Shown here piece after piece: positions 10,383 through 20,077 of a stretch of DNA of 64,000 bases. The stretch lies in the NCBI GenBank assembly GCA_965263355.1, contig CBDHHL010000029.1, forward strand, positions 10,442 to 74,441. The letters run 5' to 3'. Within the stretch, counting starts at the first letter, position 1, and each line of letters starts with the position of its first letter. Source of the DNA: Leptolyngbyaceae cyanobacterium (GTDB taxonomy: Bacteria > Cyanobacteriota > Cyanobacteriia > Phormidesmidales > Phormidesmidaceae). Position numbers and translations under genes: made by a program. The notes under the pieces were generated by a model. The model saw only the letters and a list, made by a program, of their open reading frames with translations. It searched no databases and was not told the origin of the DNA.

Positions 10383-10873
10383 TGGCCGCCCCAACGACTA
10401 CAGGACGGGGGATTGTCCTAAACCATGCTGACTACAGCTTGAGTATCACAACATTTGGCCGTTATCCTGGCAAGTATCCACGGGTTGATGGTCGTTATAA
10501 AGGGATCGTTCGTGGCAAACGGGGGGGAGCTGCTAGGACAGGGGCACAGACTAGATTTGCTATTTGGAATTTTGTTGGGAGTTTAACTCTTGAGCAGCAA
10601 GAAACATTAGCCCGAATGGAAGCTGCTTACTGGGGCACTCCTGGCCCATGGGTCATATATGACTATACAAATTATTGGTCTGAGAATGGGACGACAAACA
10701 CTAGAGCGATTGCGCCCAATAGCACAACAGCAGCTGACGCTAATACGATTTGCTACTATCCGCAATGGCAAGCCGAGCCAACGAATGAGAGGGGATTTGA
10801 ATATACTGAGCAATCTGATGGGATTGATAGTGTTCAGTTTCAATTTACCGAATCGGGGGTTATCGCTGCATGA
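10382..10873 (+). CDS. Putative distal tail protein
   Basis: 163 aa directly after the tape measure; C-terminal VQFQFTE strand. Confidence 0.55.
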   Translation: MAAPTTTGRGIVLNHADYSLSITTFGRYPGKYPRVDGRYKGIVRGKRGGAARTGAQTRFAIWNFVGSLTLEQQETLARMEAAYWGTPGPWVIYDYTNYWSENGTTNTRAIAPNSTTAADANTICYYPQWQAEPTNERGFEYTEQSDGIDSVQFQFTESGVIAA

Positions 10874-13800
10874 CCTCTTTTACTGTTGATGCTCAGGATA
10901 AAGACTGGACAGCAAGCTTGGAGATTTTAGACGCTAATCGAGCTTTGATTAGTGGCCCGCATGATATTTCTGACGCTTTGATTAGCGTCGATATTGACTT
11001 TTCCGAACTGAGATCGGGAAACAGGTTAAACGGTTGGTTGGCATGGGAATGCAGTGTTGTATTAAGCCCAGAATTGTCTACAACAGTTAGCCTTGATAAC
11101 CGCGATACTGCCTCTAATCCGTCGGGGGCTGAAGTGTTGGCCATGGGAAACCGGATCACACTGAGCATGTGGACGGGGGCAAGTTATGAAAGATTTTGGC
11201 CACCGTTTTATATCTTGAGGGAAGCTTCCCCTAGGATAGAAATCCCTACAAGCGATTCTCAAGCTCAGATCACAATTGACTTAGGGGATCTTGGCAAATC
11301 ACTAGACTTATTTACCCCAGAAAATAATTACTCAGGAATCACTCAGGGAACAACTACAACGCCCACAACGTTAATTCGTAATATCGCGACTCAGATAGGC
11401 ATCCCAACATCATCAGATACGATCGCGGGCGGTTATTCAGTCAATACAGCTGTCCAGAAAAAATCTACCCGGTCACCAGTGCGTGAGATTGGGGAAATAG
11501 CAGCAGCTCAAAAATATGTTGCTTGGCTTGATTCCAATGAAGAATTAAGACTCACCCCAGCCGACTTTACGCTCAAAACAGCTCCTGATTTTAGTCTAAC
11601 TATCGGCATTGGAGGAGACGCAGTTGGCGAGAACGGATGGGAACCCGTCAACCTTGAAGAACGTCCACCGGGGGAATTAACGGTAACGGGCGGTTCAGAC
11701 CTCGCTCAAGAGATTGAAAATCCTAGCGTAATCGATCGCACTGTTCCTGGCCCTGGATATACATCCCTGACCAGCACTGAAACTAAAACGATAACGCCAG
11801 TTGGGGGCGCACCTCAGACAGTAATTACGTATGAAGAACGCCAAGCTGAATTACAGATACAGCCTAGGGTGATCACCACGGATAACTCTGGCGTTGTTCC
11901 GACGTTGCTGACAGATGTCGATAATACGAATAATGGTCTGCAAGATTCTGAAGATAGTTCGATCACCCATCGATATAACGGAATCACTAAACGACTGACT
12001 GAAACGGTTGAGCTGATTCGTAAAGCACGGGGGCTTAGTGGTGGCGATGCATTCAGAGAGGAAGAAAACAGCTCAGCACTGACACTACTTGACAATAGTC
12101 AAACGACCACGACCTACACTTACGACAATATTTTAGGCGTAGTCAGCTCAAGAAATATCACAGAACGTAGGCCGTGGTGCCTCTGGGAATGGGGGGAAGT
12201 CACGCCTACCAATTATGATTTGAATCGCTTTTTAGAACGTGATTATTCAATTCAAACGACCACTTGGACTAGAGTACTTGACGTTAGTGGAGATCCTACG
12301 ATTGAGGCGTGGCGCGTTGAGCAAGTTACTCAGCAGCCAAGGGGCGTAATCTTCAAAAATTACACGGGGGCATTCCCTGAGACCCTGATAATTAACCCTG
12401 ACCCTGAATTAACTTTCACTTTGCAGGCCAGTGACGGTTCAACGAGGCCGCCGGATATTGAATATCAGGAAAGTATTTATACAGAGGAACACCAAGAATT
12501 TACGGGGTCAGTGCAGATTGAGCCAATCTCTGGGAATGCCCATAAATGGAAGGAAGGGGCAATCCGAGTTAATGCTGACGTTATTGTGAGCGATCGCCAG
12601 TGCAACGACCTAGCAGAATGGGCGGCAAAATGGCAACACGGATTGAGCCTGGGTCGTTCATTTATTGGAGCAATCCCGACAGAATTGTTTACTGCGTTTG
12701 ACCCGGTATCGCGGGTCGATGTGACTGTTGATGGAAATATTGAAGCTTACTTTTTGAACGGGTTTAGCATCTCGTCAAATTTAACTGAGACTCTATTTGG
12801 ATGTAACGTTGGTTTGATTGGCGAAGTTGGGGCAACGCCGGATGTGGTAACTAGTCCAATCACGACAACGACGCTATTGACCCTTAATGTTGAACTCCCT
12901 GCGCTAGATGTTGATGTGACAGCGGCGGTTGTTGCAACACCATTGACCCTAGACATTGAACTCCCTGCTTTAGATGCTGGCTTAACAATATCAACGCCGA
13001 CAGTATTAACCCTAGACGTTGAATTGCCTGCTTTAGATGTTGATTTAACCGCATCAACGCCGACAGCATTAACGCTTGATGTTGAACTTCCTGCGTTAGA
13101 TGCTGATTTGACGTTTATAGAGAATGATCCTGATGCAGATAATTATTTGGCTGCATTAAACGGGACATATACGACAGCGCAGGAATCGGCTATAAATCAA
13201 TTCTTTGTCACGCTGAAGTCAGACAATACTTATTCAGGACTAGATAGATTGTTAATCCTAGCTGGTCAAGATGCTGCAGATGCATTGATTGATCTGAAAA
13301 CTGCAACCACTGTCGCCAATGTCGTTGGCACAGGAACATTTACTGCGGGAACTGGCTACACACTAGGGGATGGGTCGGTAGGAGATGCTTATCTAGAAAC
13401 TGGTTTTATTCCGTCTAGTCCTGCCAACAATTGGGCTCAAAATTCAGCCACAATTTTCTGGGGGACTGCTTCTGGGCTCAATGACTCTGGCGTAACGGTT
13501 GATATTGGCGGACGTAGCGGAAGTCTGCAAGATGCGGTATTCGTCAAGGCAGACGACAGCGCAGCGGGCACCTTTACAATTAACAATGACAATAATATTC
13601 CACTGCAAAATATATCTGGTACTACGACCATTGGAGTTCATGCCGTACAAAGGACCGCTGCAACAACAACAACCTTGTATAAAGATGGTTCTGTTGTTGG
13701 GTCTCAATCAAATACATCTACTGGCGTTCCAACCGTTGAGCTATGGCTAGGGGGCTTCAATAATGGCGGTTCGTTAAATTTCCAGGCAAATCAAAGGACG

Positions 13801-13884
13801 TATGAAATCGTTGCTTTTGGCGATAGTACAGTTAACGTGGTCACATTAACTAATGCTTGGAATACACTAAAAACTGTGTTGTAA
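10870..13884 (+). CDS. Tail tip/baseplate hub protein with repeat linker and C-terminal beta-sandwich domain
   Basis: 1004 aa, Thr-rich, synteny after the Dit-like gene; four LTLxVELPALD repeats. Confidence 0.6.
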   Translation: MTSFTVDAQDKDWTASLEILDANRALISGPHDISDALISVDIDFSELRSGNRLNGWLAWECSVVLSPELSTTVSLDNRDTASNPSGAEVLAMGNRITLSMWTGASYERFWPPFYILREASPRIEIPTSDSQAQITIDLGDLGKSLDLFTPENNYSGITQGTTTTPTTLIRNIATQIGIPTSSDTIAGGYSVNTAVQKKSTRSPVREIGEIAAAQKYVAWLDSNEELRLTPADFTLKTAPDFSLTIGIGGDAVGENGWEPVNLEERPPGELTVTGGSDLAQEIENPSVIDRTVPGPGYTSLTSTETKTITPVGGAPQTVITYEERQAELQIQPRVITTDNSGVVPTLLTDVDNTNNGLQDSEDSSITHRYNGITKRLTETVELIRKARGLSGGDAFREEENSSALTLLDNSQTTTTYTYDNILGVVSSRNITERRPWCLWEWGEVTPTNYDLNRFLERDYSIQTTTWTRVLDVSGDPTIEAWRVEQVTQQPRGVIFKNYTGAFPETLIINPDPELTFTLQASDGSTRPPDIEYQESIYTEEHQEFTGSVQIEPISGNAHKWKEGAIRVNADVIVSDRQCNDLAEWAAKWQHGLSLGRSFIGAIPTELFTAFDPVSRVDVTVDGNIEAYFLNGFSISSNLTETLFGCNVGLIGEVGATPDVVTSPITTTTLLTLNVELPALDVDVTAAVVATPLTLDIELPALDAGLTISTPTVLTLDVELPALDVDLTASTPTALTLDVELPALDADLTFIENDPDADNYLAALNGTYTTAQESAINQFFVTLKSDNTYSGLDRLLILAGQDAADALIDLKTATTVANVVGTGTFTAGTGYTLGDGSVGDAYLETGFIPSSPANNWAQNSATIFWGTASGLNDSGVTVDIGGRSGSLQDAVFVKADDSAAGTFTINNDNNIPLQNISGTTTIGVHAVQRTAATTTTLYKDGSVVGSQSNTSTGVPTVELWLGGFNNGGSLNFQANQRTYEIVAFGDSTVNVVTLTNAWNTLKTVL
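12877..13110 (+). repeat. Four degenerate 63-66-bp coding repeats (LTLDVELPALDxDLT)
   Basis: Visible in both protein and DNA, with synonymous divergence. Confidence 0.85.
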
Positions 13885-13894
13885 GGAGGCAAAA

Positions 13895-14263
13895 ATGGTT
13901 TCAATTCCACTTTCTGATTCAGCAAAAGAGGCGCAAGTTATAGCCGCGTCAAACGATTTAGCCAATGGTTCCAGTCAGCCCCCCAGGTGGGAATATGGCG
14001 ACGGGGTTGGCTTTGCAACAACACTAATTCAGTTTGACCTGGACTTAACAAATCCCTATGCTGTCGGCAGCATTACAGCTGGGGCCACGGGTTTGACTAA
14101 TAGCCCAGTGACCGGGACAGGATTGGCGAACGGGACTGCTACTCATGCCCGTGGAGTTGACCGAACAGGCACGGTTATTTGGGGGCCGCTAGCTCTGCCA
14201 TCAAGTGTATCTGTAACGACTGGTCAAAGCTTTACTTTAGCTTCAACCCTCACTCAGCTGTGA
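13895..14263 (+). CDS. Small virion structural protein
   Basis: Gly/Thr-rich (GTATHAR...SVTTGQSF); AGGAGG RBS. Confidence 0.55.
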   Translation: MVSIPLSDSAKEAQVIAASNDLANGSSQPPRWEYGDGVGFATTLIQFDLDLTNPYAVGSITAGATGLTNSPVTGTGLANGTATHARGVDRTGTVIWGPLALPSSVSVTTGQSFTLASTLTQL

Positions 14264-15243
14264 CTGCCCTAACCCAAAGATTAGCCAGCAAAAATAAGCA
14301 ACGCACGACTCAACGCATTCAATCTCAAATGGTTGAGGCGAGAATCGGTGCTGCCACTATTACTGGCACGCTCACGGGCAGCAGTGCCGAGGGCATCACA
14401 CTTAGAACAGAATCAGGTGGTTTTCTCACAGTCCCTAGGTCTACTGTTCAAAAACTTTCACGGCAACCAGCGATCGGGCAGTCTCGGCAGTTATCGACCG
14501 GGGGGCAGTTAGAACTATTAGGCAGCAGTACGGAAACGGTTAACCAGCCTGTTAGTCAAGCACAACCGCAAGTTAGATATCCTCTTAGGCCGCCTACTCA
14601 GGGAGCAGACTTTGGGGCCAATGGCGATTTATGGCTTGAACAAACTGGCATTCAGGGCAACTATAACGAAGCCAATGCTTATGTTTGGATACAAAAGTTA
14701 GGCCAGTTTGTAAAGTTAGCATCTGGCGGCGTAGTTGTCGCGTTTGAGCCCAATGGCCCGATCACGTCAGGGACAGTAAACGGTCAGCTGCACTACAACA
14801 CGACTGATAATTCTTTATCTATTTACGACCAAGCTGCTGATGTGTGGCGGACTATTAGTAGTGGCGGCGGCGCAACTATTAACTATGTCGCAGGGCCGCC
14901 CCCTACGCCAGCTCCCCCAGGCACTGTTAATGGGGAAGGGCATCACGATACTGTGGTTGATCGCTTGTGGACTTATGATCTAGCCAATACGACTTGGCGG
15001 GCTTCCGGTTCAAAAAACTTCTTCCAAGGGGTTCCGTCGTCTGACCCTAATTCGTTTATCAGGGGAGACATGGTTACCATATATCAGGAGGATGGGACGC
15101 CTTGCGTTTATATTTGGTCGGATCAATTAAGTGATTGGCTATTGGCGACCTGTTGTCCTGGCTGCGCTGATGACTTCTTTAATAGTCGATGCGACGATGA
15201 CGAAGGGTTTAACGGAAATCTTTGTTCTCCACTGCCGCCCTAA
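14260..15243 (+). CDS. Putative tail fibre/receptor-binding protein
   Basis: GTG start overlapping the upstream stop; repeated NG(Q/E/D)xxxDT...W modules; Cys-rich tip. Confidence 0.55.
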   Translation: MTALTQRLASKNKQRTTQRIQSQMVEARIGAATITGTLTGSSAEGITLRTESGGFLTVPRSTVQKLSRQPAIGQSRQLSTGGQLELLGSSTETVNQPVSQAQPQVRYPLRPPTQGADFGANGDLWLEQTGIQGNYNEANAYVWIQKLGQFVKLASGGVVVAFEPNGPITSGTVNGQLHYNTTDNSLSIYDQAADVWRTISSGGGATINYVAGPPPTPAPPGTVNGEGHHDTVVDRLWTYDLANTTWRASGSKNFFQGVPSSDPNSFIRGDMVTIYQEDGTPCVYIWSDQLSDWLLATCCPGCADDFFNSRCDDDEGFNGNLCSPLPP

Positions 15244-15246
15244 ACT

Positions 15247-16149
15247 ATGCAACTTTATTCTCAATTTCCTCCTGACAAACTGACCACTCAACAAGTAATC
15301 AGAAACAACGGCATCAAGCCTGTGATCTCGGCTGATTTCAGAAAGATCTATGGCCTTACTTTGTCAGGAGACAATTTTGGTGCTTTTGGCACTAACCCAG
15401 ACTTCAGTGAGTTGGACAAACAATTTGACCAGGCTACGGGCTTAGACGTTCATATTCACCCAATTGTCTGTCGCTATCCTGAGCTAAAAGGCCGCGACTC
15501 GTTAGCATTGAAAGGACGTGTTGACAATCTAGCCAGACCAATTGTTGATCATTGCGTCAGTCGAGGCATCAAAAAAATAACCCTGGCAGGAGAATTAACC
15601 CTATGCGGGGACGCTGAGCTTTGGGCAGAGATAGTTGCTTTTTACAAGGCCATCCATGCGGAATATCCAGAGCTGGAACTTTGGATTTCATCACATAGAA
15701 TCCGTCAGCAAGGCGATCGCGATAGTATCCTAACTCGACTGGAAGACTTACAGGGCATTGCCTCAGGTTTTATCGGGGCTGATTATATTAGCCTGTATCG
15801 AACAAAGTCTGAGATCCCTGAGCAGATTGGGCCGGTGCAGTGGATGAAAATTTCAGCCATGGGAACAGTTTCTCTAATGCGGCTAAATTATCTCCCCCCA
15901 TTCTGGAGAGAACTGCAAAGCGCTGGGCTTAAGGTCGCGTTTGAAACATCGGCATTGTCTATGGTTGACCTGCCTATTATTAGAAAAGCACAAACCCAGA
16001 TATATAGAGAAATCAGCGCCAAATGTGAACATCATGGCGCTGATTTATGGTTGTGGAATATTTGTGAGCAAAGCTCCCGAGACCACCAGGGCAACCATAG
16101 TTACTCTGGTATCTGGGACGATCTCGGGAACATGAGACTGAGTATTTAA
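15247..16149 (+). CDS. Hypothetical protein, possible TIM-barrel glycoside hydrolase fold
   Basis: 300 aa alternating alpha/beta; HIHPIV, AFET and GIWD segments are loosely GH-like. Confidence 0.3.
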   Translation: MQLYSQFPPDKLTTQQVIRNNGIKPVISADFRKIYGLTLSGDNFGAFGTNPDFSELDKQFDQATGLDVHIHPIVCRYPELKGRDSLALKGRVDNLARPIVDHCVSRGIKKITLAGELTLCGDAELWAEIVAFYKAIHAEYPELELWISSHRIRQQGDRDSILTRLEDLQGIASGFIGADYISLYRTKSEIPEQIGPVQWMKISAMGTVSLMRLNYLPPFWRELQSAGLKVAFETSALSMVDLPIIRKAQTQIYREISAKCEHHGADLWLWNICEQSSRDHQGNHSYSGIWDDLGNMRLSI

Positions 16150-16352
16150 GTCAAAACCCTAAGATGCCTTCCCGTTGGCTTTCCGCTTTTCAACGCTGCC
16201 TCAGGGAACTCTGGCAACGATACCTCATCAGGGGGCTGAAACACGCCTTTTCGATATCTGCCGAGATATTCGCCCGTTTCAGAATCAAACTGATAACCCA
16301 GCTTAAGAGCTAATTCTTGCCGTTCTTTTGGAATGTCTGAAAGATTCGCCAT
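16146..16352 (-). CDS. Hypothetical protein
   Basis: Likely start MANLSDIP; converges on the tail operon end. Confidence 0.45.
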   Translation of the reverse strand: MANLSDIPKERQELALKLGYQFDSETGEYLGRYRKGVFQPPDEVSLPEFPEAALKSGKPTGRHLRVLT

Positions 16353-16452
16353 TGCTAAAAATCCAAAATAAAACCCCCAGCCGTAGCCGAGGGTTGAAAG
16401 AAGTTCCCATTCACACAAACTAAATTCGTGTAAATTACTGCTCGATCTTATC

Positions 16453-16761
16453 CTAAAAACCCATGGGCTGAGTCCGGCCATTGATGACCCTGTATGAGTT
16501 ATCGCCGTAGTGCAACCAGAACTGACGCTGCAGCGGAAAAACAATGCCCCAGCTGTCAGCGGGGATATCCCAATTGCCCCCTAGTGCTTTGTTCCCGCTA
16601 TGGATGAACGGGAATGGCAGGTTGTCTCCGCCTACCCCAAGCTTATCCTTGGCCCATTGGTTTAGCCCTTTAGCAGTGTCGACATCAACGTCCTGCACTG
16701 TGGGCTGTTTGACGGCCTCAGTTAGTAGGCCGAATCCGATCTGCTTGATAAGGTTGTTCAT
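16453..16761 (-). CDS. Hypothetical protein
   Basis: ATGA-coupled to 16758-16958. Confidence 0.5.
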   Translation of the reverse strand: MNNLIKQIGFGLLTEAVKQPTVQDVDVDTAKGLNQWAKDKLGVGGDNLPFPFIHSGNKALGGNWDIPADSWGIVFPLQRQFWLHYGDNSYRVINGRTQPMGF

Positions 16762-16958
16762 GAGTTCTTGATCAACTCTTTGAGCATGTTCGCTTCAGTG
16801 GACTGGGAGTTTTCCTTGATCTCTTGAACGAGATCAGAAACTACGCGGCCTGGTCGTGTGGTTTGGGTGTAGCTGTACAGCAAGCCTAAGGCTAGTAGGA
16901 CAATATCATTGCCCAGCCAGGTGGCTAGGTGGTCTGTGAAAAAAGAGGCATTTTCCAT
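16758..16958 (-). CDS. Small single-TM membrane protein (holin-like size)
   Basis: Hydrophobic IVLLALGLLY and charged C-terminus. Confidence 0.35.
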   Translation of the reverse strand: MENASFFTDHLATWLGNDIVLLALGLLYSYTQTTRPGRVVSDLVQEIKENSQSTEANMLKELIKNS

Positions 16959-17032
16959 GTCTGTGAAAGCTGAAGGTTCACCTCAAGGATAACAATTTGC
17001 TCAGGCGATAGTGTCAATAAGGCCATACGCGC

Positions 17033-17130
17033 AAAAAAGAACCCCGTCGGTCGGGACGGGGCGATCACAGGAGTATTTGTTTCGGAGATTTCAAGGCCAT
17101 TCTAACAAAAAAGCCAGCATTGGCGCTGGC
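17033..17130 (-). terminator. Two intrinsic terminator-like hairpins
   Basis: CCCCGTC..GACGGGG and AGCCAGC..GCTGGCT, each preceded by an A-run on +. Confidence 0.55.
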
Positions 17131-17225
17131 TAAGTTAGTACTATATTTCTGATGTCACAGAGAAAGAAGTCGCCTACTTGGTCAAAGACTCTGTGGGATG
17201 CTCCAAAATTAGTGACGAGACTATT

Positions 17226-17609
17226 CTAGTCTCCCAGTAACTCAACAGCCAACAAACCCAATCCCATAAGACAACCCCAAGACAAAATCACCCGAATCAC
17301 GTCACCTCGCCATAGTTCCAGCTTGCTAGGCACTCGCGTATCGTTCCAGGTGTATGGCCGTTTGGTGTGCCGAATCAGTCTCCTTTCTGCCTCATGGATT
17401 GCGTCTTTGTGCATAGTGCAGTACGCAATCCTACACCAGGGTAGTCGTTTTGCCTGGGGGTATCGGTGGTGGTCCTCCCATCGGCTTCGTAGGTTCACCG
17501 ACTTGCCAACGTACCAAGTAATAAAAAGCCAACGCACGGCGTAGAGCCCAGGTTTGCTGGGGAGCCTGTCACGCTTTGTCAGTGGCATTGATGCCCAAAA
17601 TAAAATCAT
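17226..17609 (-). CDS. GIY-YIG nuclease-domain protein with C-terminal hydrophobic helix
   Basis: LPSKPGLYAV...WYVGKSVNLRSRW..HHR...AERRLI..N. Confidence 0.8.
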   Translation of the reverse strand: MILFWASMPLTKRDRLPSKPGLYAVRWLFITWYVGKSVNLRSRWEDHHRYPQAKRLPWCRIAYCTMHKDAIHEAERRLIRHTKRPYTWNDTRVPSKLELWRGDVIRVILSWGCLMGLGLLAVELLGD

Positions 17610-17856
17610 TTTTTGGATCGAACTCTATGTGTCGAGAGATCAAGGACTCTTGAAAAATCACAATCTCTTCTAAGGCTTCTAGCCGTTGGGTGTGATTTTT
17701 AAGGATGTTCACTTGTTTATTTAGTTCGTCAATTTCTTCTTGCAAGAAAGCAATTTTTTTATTTTGCTTTCTGCTAGCGTCAGAAGTGAAGATGTTTTCT
17801 ATCGCCATGATAGCCATGGCTATTAAGCCAAATAACAGAATATCCATTTTAATCAT
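17569..17856 (-). CDS. Membrane-anchored coiled-coil protein
   Basis: N-terminal TM, then heptads. Confidence 0.5.
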   Translation of the reverse strand: MIKMDILLFGLIAMAIMAIENIFTSDASRKQNKKIAFLQEEIDELNKQVNILKNHTQRLEALEEIVIFQESLISRHIEFDPKNDFILGINATDKA

Positions 17857-18012
17857 CGCCTCGCATGCGTTTCATTAACTCAACCTGATCTCGCTTATCC
17901 ATCCCCATGGGCTTATTGCCTTGGCCGCCATTACGACCGCCTGGACCATCAGGCATAAGAGTCCACAGAATTCCTGCTAGCAAAAATCCCAAAATAGCTT
18001 CTGGTGGCATGG

Positions 18013-18387
18013 TCATTTAGCTCCAAAATAAATTCCTAAAAACACTGAACCGACAAACAAACTAACGCCTACTAAAACCCCAAATCCCCAAGCACCAACT
18101 AACCCACAGGGTGCGCCTAACAATAAAACAGTCCTAAGAACTTTGATCGCGAATTGCCTTTGAGCTTCAAGCTTTAACGCGGCCAGTTCTTCACCGCCTT
18201 CTTCTGACATATGGATTTGAGTCTGCCAGAAATTAGTTATCCCTTGTTCGTATCGTTGATGATACGAGTCTTTAAGGATGCTTAATTGTTGCTCTGCCAG
18301 GGTAGTTCCCAGTTTTCCTGTTGATTCAATAAGCCGATTAGCAGATGCGGATTTGAGCTGTATTTCCGTGCTTGCCATCCTGACCAA
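18013..18387 (-). CDS. Coiled-coil protein with two C-terminal TM helices
   Basis: Hydrophobic C-terminus; GGAGG upstream. Confidence 0.55.
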   Translation of the reverse strand: MVRMASTEIQLKSASANRLIESTGKLGTTLAEQQLSILKDSYHQRYEQGITNFWQTQIHMSEEGGEELAALKLEAQRQFAIKVLRTVLLLGAPCGLVGAWGFGVLVGVSLFVGSVFLGIYFGAK

Positions 18388-18444
18388 CCTCCCAATACAT
18401 ACATTCCCGTCATGCAGGCAAGGAACAATGCGACTTTAATGCTT

Positions 18445-18726
18445 CTAATCATCGATCTTCCTCCAAACCAAATAGCCAGTCACTAGCGCTGCTATGCCGC
18501 TGGCTCCTGATGCCGTATCAATACTTCTGGCTCGATACTCTTTCAAGTCGTGGGATGCGATCGCCAGCAATACCTGAGCGACAAACACCATCCCGAAACA
18601 CGCGCCAGCACCGTAAGCAATTGCTTGCCATCTCGGTGTTTTGATAGTTTCGGCGGGAATGTCTATCGTCTTTTCTATCCACCCAGGAAGGTGGCCATAA
18701 TCAAACGGATCATGAGGGCTGTTCAT
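18445..18726 (-). CDS. Two-TM membrane protein
   Basis: Two hydrophobic segments; packed operon. Confidence 0.55.
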   Translation of the reverse strand: MNSPHDPFDYGHLPGWIEKTIDIPAETIKTPRWQAIAYGAGACFGMVFVAQVLLAIASHDLKEYRARSIDTASGASGIAALVTGYLVWRKIDD

Positions 18727-19012
18727 ACTGCCTCCATGACTGCGGCTGATATTCCTGGGTGGGGCGAGTGACCCAGCTCAGCATTAGAAACACCAAAAAA
18801 ATGGCAACTATACCCCAAATGAGGGGCTGCAGTCGGTTGAATACCGTCGCCCACCGATACAGTTGCTCAACAGTTAGCCATGGTTTTCTCGCTTTCTCTA
18901 ACTGCGAGAGAATGACGCTCAACTCTTCGGCTGGCCCTGAATACTCAACTGTTGAGCCGTCAGGGCGATTGATTTTAATTTGGGCATTGTTCGCCCTGAC
19001 GATATTTGACAT
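18710..19012 (-). CDS. Single-TM membrane protein
   Basis: LIWGIVAIFLVFLMLSWV. Confidence 0.55.
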   Translation of the reverse strand: MSNIVRANNAQIKINRPDGSTVEYSGPAEELSVILSQLEKARKPWLTVEQLYRWATVFNRLQPLIWGIVAIFLVFLMLSWVTRPTQEYQPQSWRQYEQPS

Positions 19013-19017
19013 TTCCC

Positions 19018-19389
19018 CTAGTCTTCCTCAATCACTAATAGATCTTCAGCAATGGGTGCATATGCATCTTGGACGGAGGCAACAAGCATGTTTGCTACTT
19101 GCGTATTCACATCTTGCATAAACTTCACAACGTCTTGTGCAGCTGCATCCATCTCTTTTAAGTAGGCGTTAGCTGTAGCCGCTTTCCATGCGGTTGCGTT
19201 GGAAATAGCAATTTGCTCTGGCGTAACCGGAGCAGACACTTCAGTCTTGATATTCTCTGCAGCCTGAGAGCCGTTCAACTTGGCAGTACTACGCTTTTTA
19301 GTGCGCCGTTCAATTTTATTGCTTTGACCGGCGTTAGCAGTAGCTAGCGCGCCATCCTTAGGTTTTGCCTGAAATTCACTCATTATCAT
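19018..19389 (-). CDS. Hypothetical helical protein
   Basis: Coupled to the upstream gene. Confidence 0.55.
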   Translation of the reverse strand: MIMSEFQAKPKDGALATANAGQSNKIERRTKKRSTAKLNGSQAAENIKTEVSAPVTPEQIAISNATAWKAATANAYLKEMDAAAQDVVKFMQDVNTQVANMLVASVQDAYAPIAEDLLVIEED

Positions 19390-19772
19390 TCTCCCAATAA
19401 TCGTTTTCTTTTTTCAACTAATGCTTGCTCGAAGCGACTTTCAAGATCATCGCGTGACCCACCGACTAGATCCACATATCCCAGCTTCGTCTCATCAGTA
19501 GGGCAATCAATCGCGTAATCCTTGCGATCACCTCGCCAGCATGGATTACAACTTGACTTCCAAAGCTTCCAACAAAGGAATGCATACAAAATCCAAGCAT
19601 CATGACGATCAATACAACCGTTAGAGCAATTCGCCCTAGAAACATCAATCCTCAAATACTTGCAATCTTGGGCCAAGGCAGAATGCGAACGACCAAAAAG
19701 CTGTCCCGCTTCTCTTAGCGTTAGTAAGTTAGGAGGCGATTCAACTTTTTGGACACTCAACCAAGGCAACAT
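19386..19772 (-). CDS. Putative HTH DNA-binding protein
   Basis: LLTLREAGQLFGRSHSALAQD HTH-like start. Confidence 0.45.
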   Translation of the reverse strand: MLPWLSVQKVESPPNLLTLREAGQLFGRSHSALAQDCKYLRIDVSRANCSNGCIDRHDAWILYAFLCWKLWKSSCNPCWRGDRKDYAIDCPTDETKLGYVDLVGGSRDDLESRFEQALVEKRKRLLGE

Positions 19773-19799
19773 CTTACTGCTTTTTGACTTTCTGTCAGT

Positions 19800-19827
19800 A
19801 TCTTAGCAGCAAAAACCAGCCTGTCAA
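19800..19827 (-). promoter_or_regulatory. Sigma70-type promoter
   Basis: TTGACA-16 nt-TAAGAT upstream of 19772. Confidence 0.55.
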
Positions 19828-20018
19828 CGGTTTATTTTTGGTGCGTGCGGTATGCACTCGATGTTTTTGCCCTGTTCTGTATAATTCGCTACCGTTTTAG
19901 CCGTATAACATGCTTCACAGAATAATTCTGACTTAGGATAAATTCTTTAACTGGAAAGGGTTCTAAGCTGTAAAGGGTCGTCGTAAGGGGTTAAGGACAA
20001 AAAGTGCAGATTTACAGC

Positions 20019-20050
20019 AAAAAGCCCATCTTTTTGGGTAAAGATGGGCT
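20019..20050 (-). terminator. Intrinsic terminator
   Basis: AGCCCATCTTT/AAAGATGGGCT 11-bp stem plus U-run, downstream of the ATPase gene. Confidence 0.7.
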
Positions 20051-20077
20051 GAAAAAATATTTAGTTGTGTCACGCGG

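Noticed and set aside
10870..16149. Diversity-generating retroelement acting on tail genes
   Set aside because: No reverse transcriptase and no adenine-variant TR/VR pair noticed.
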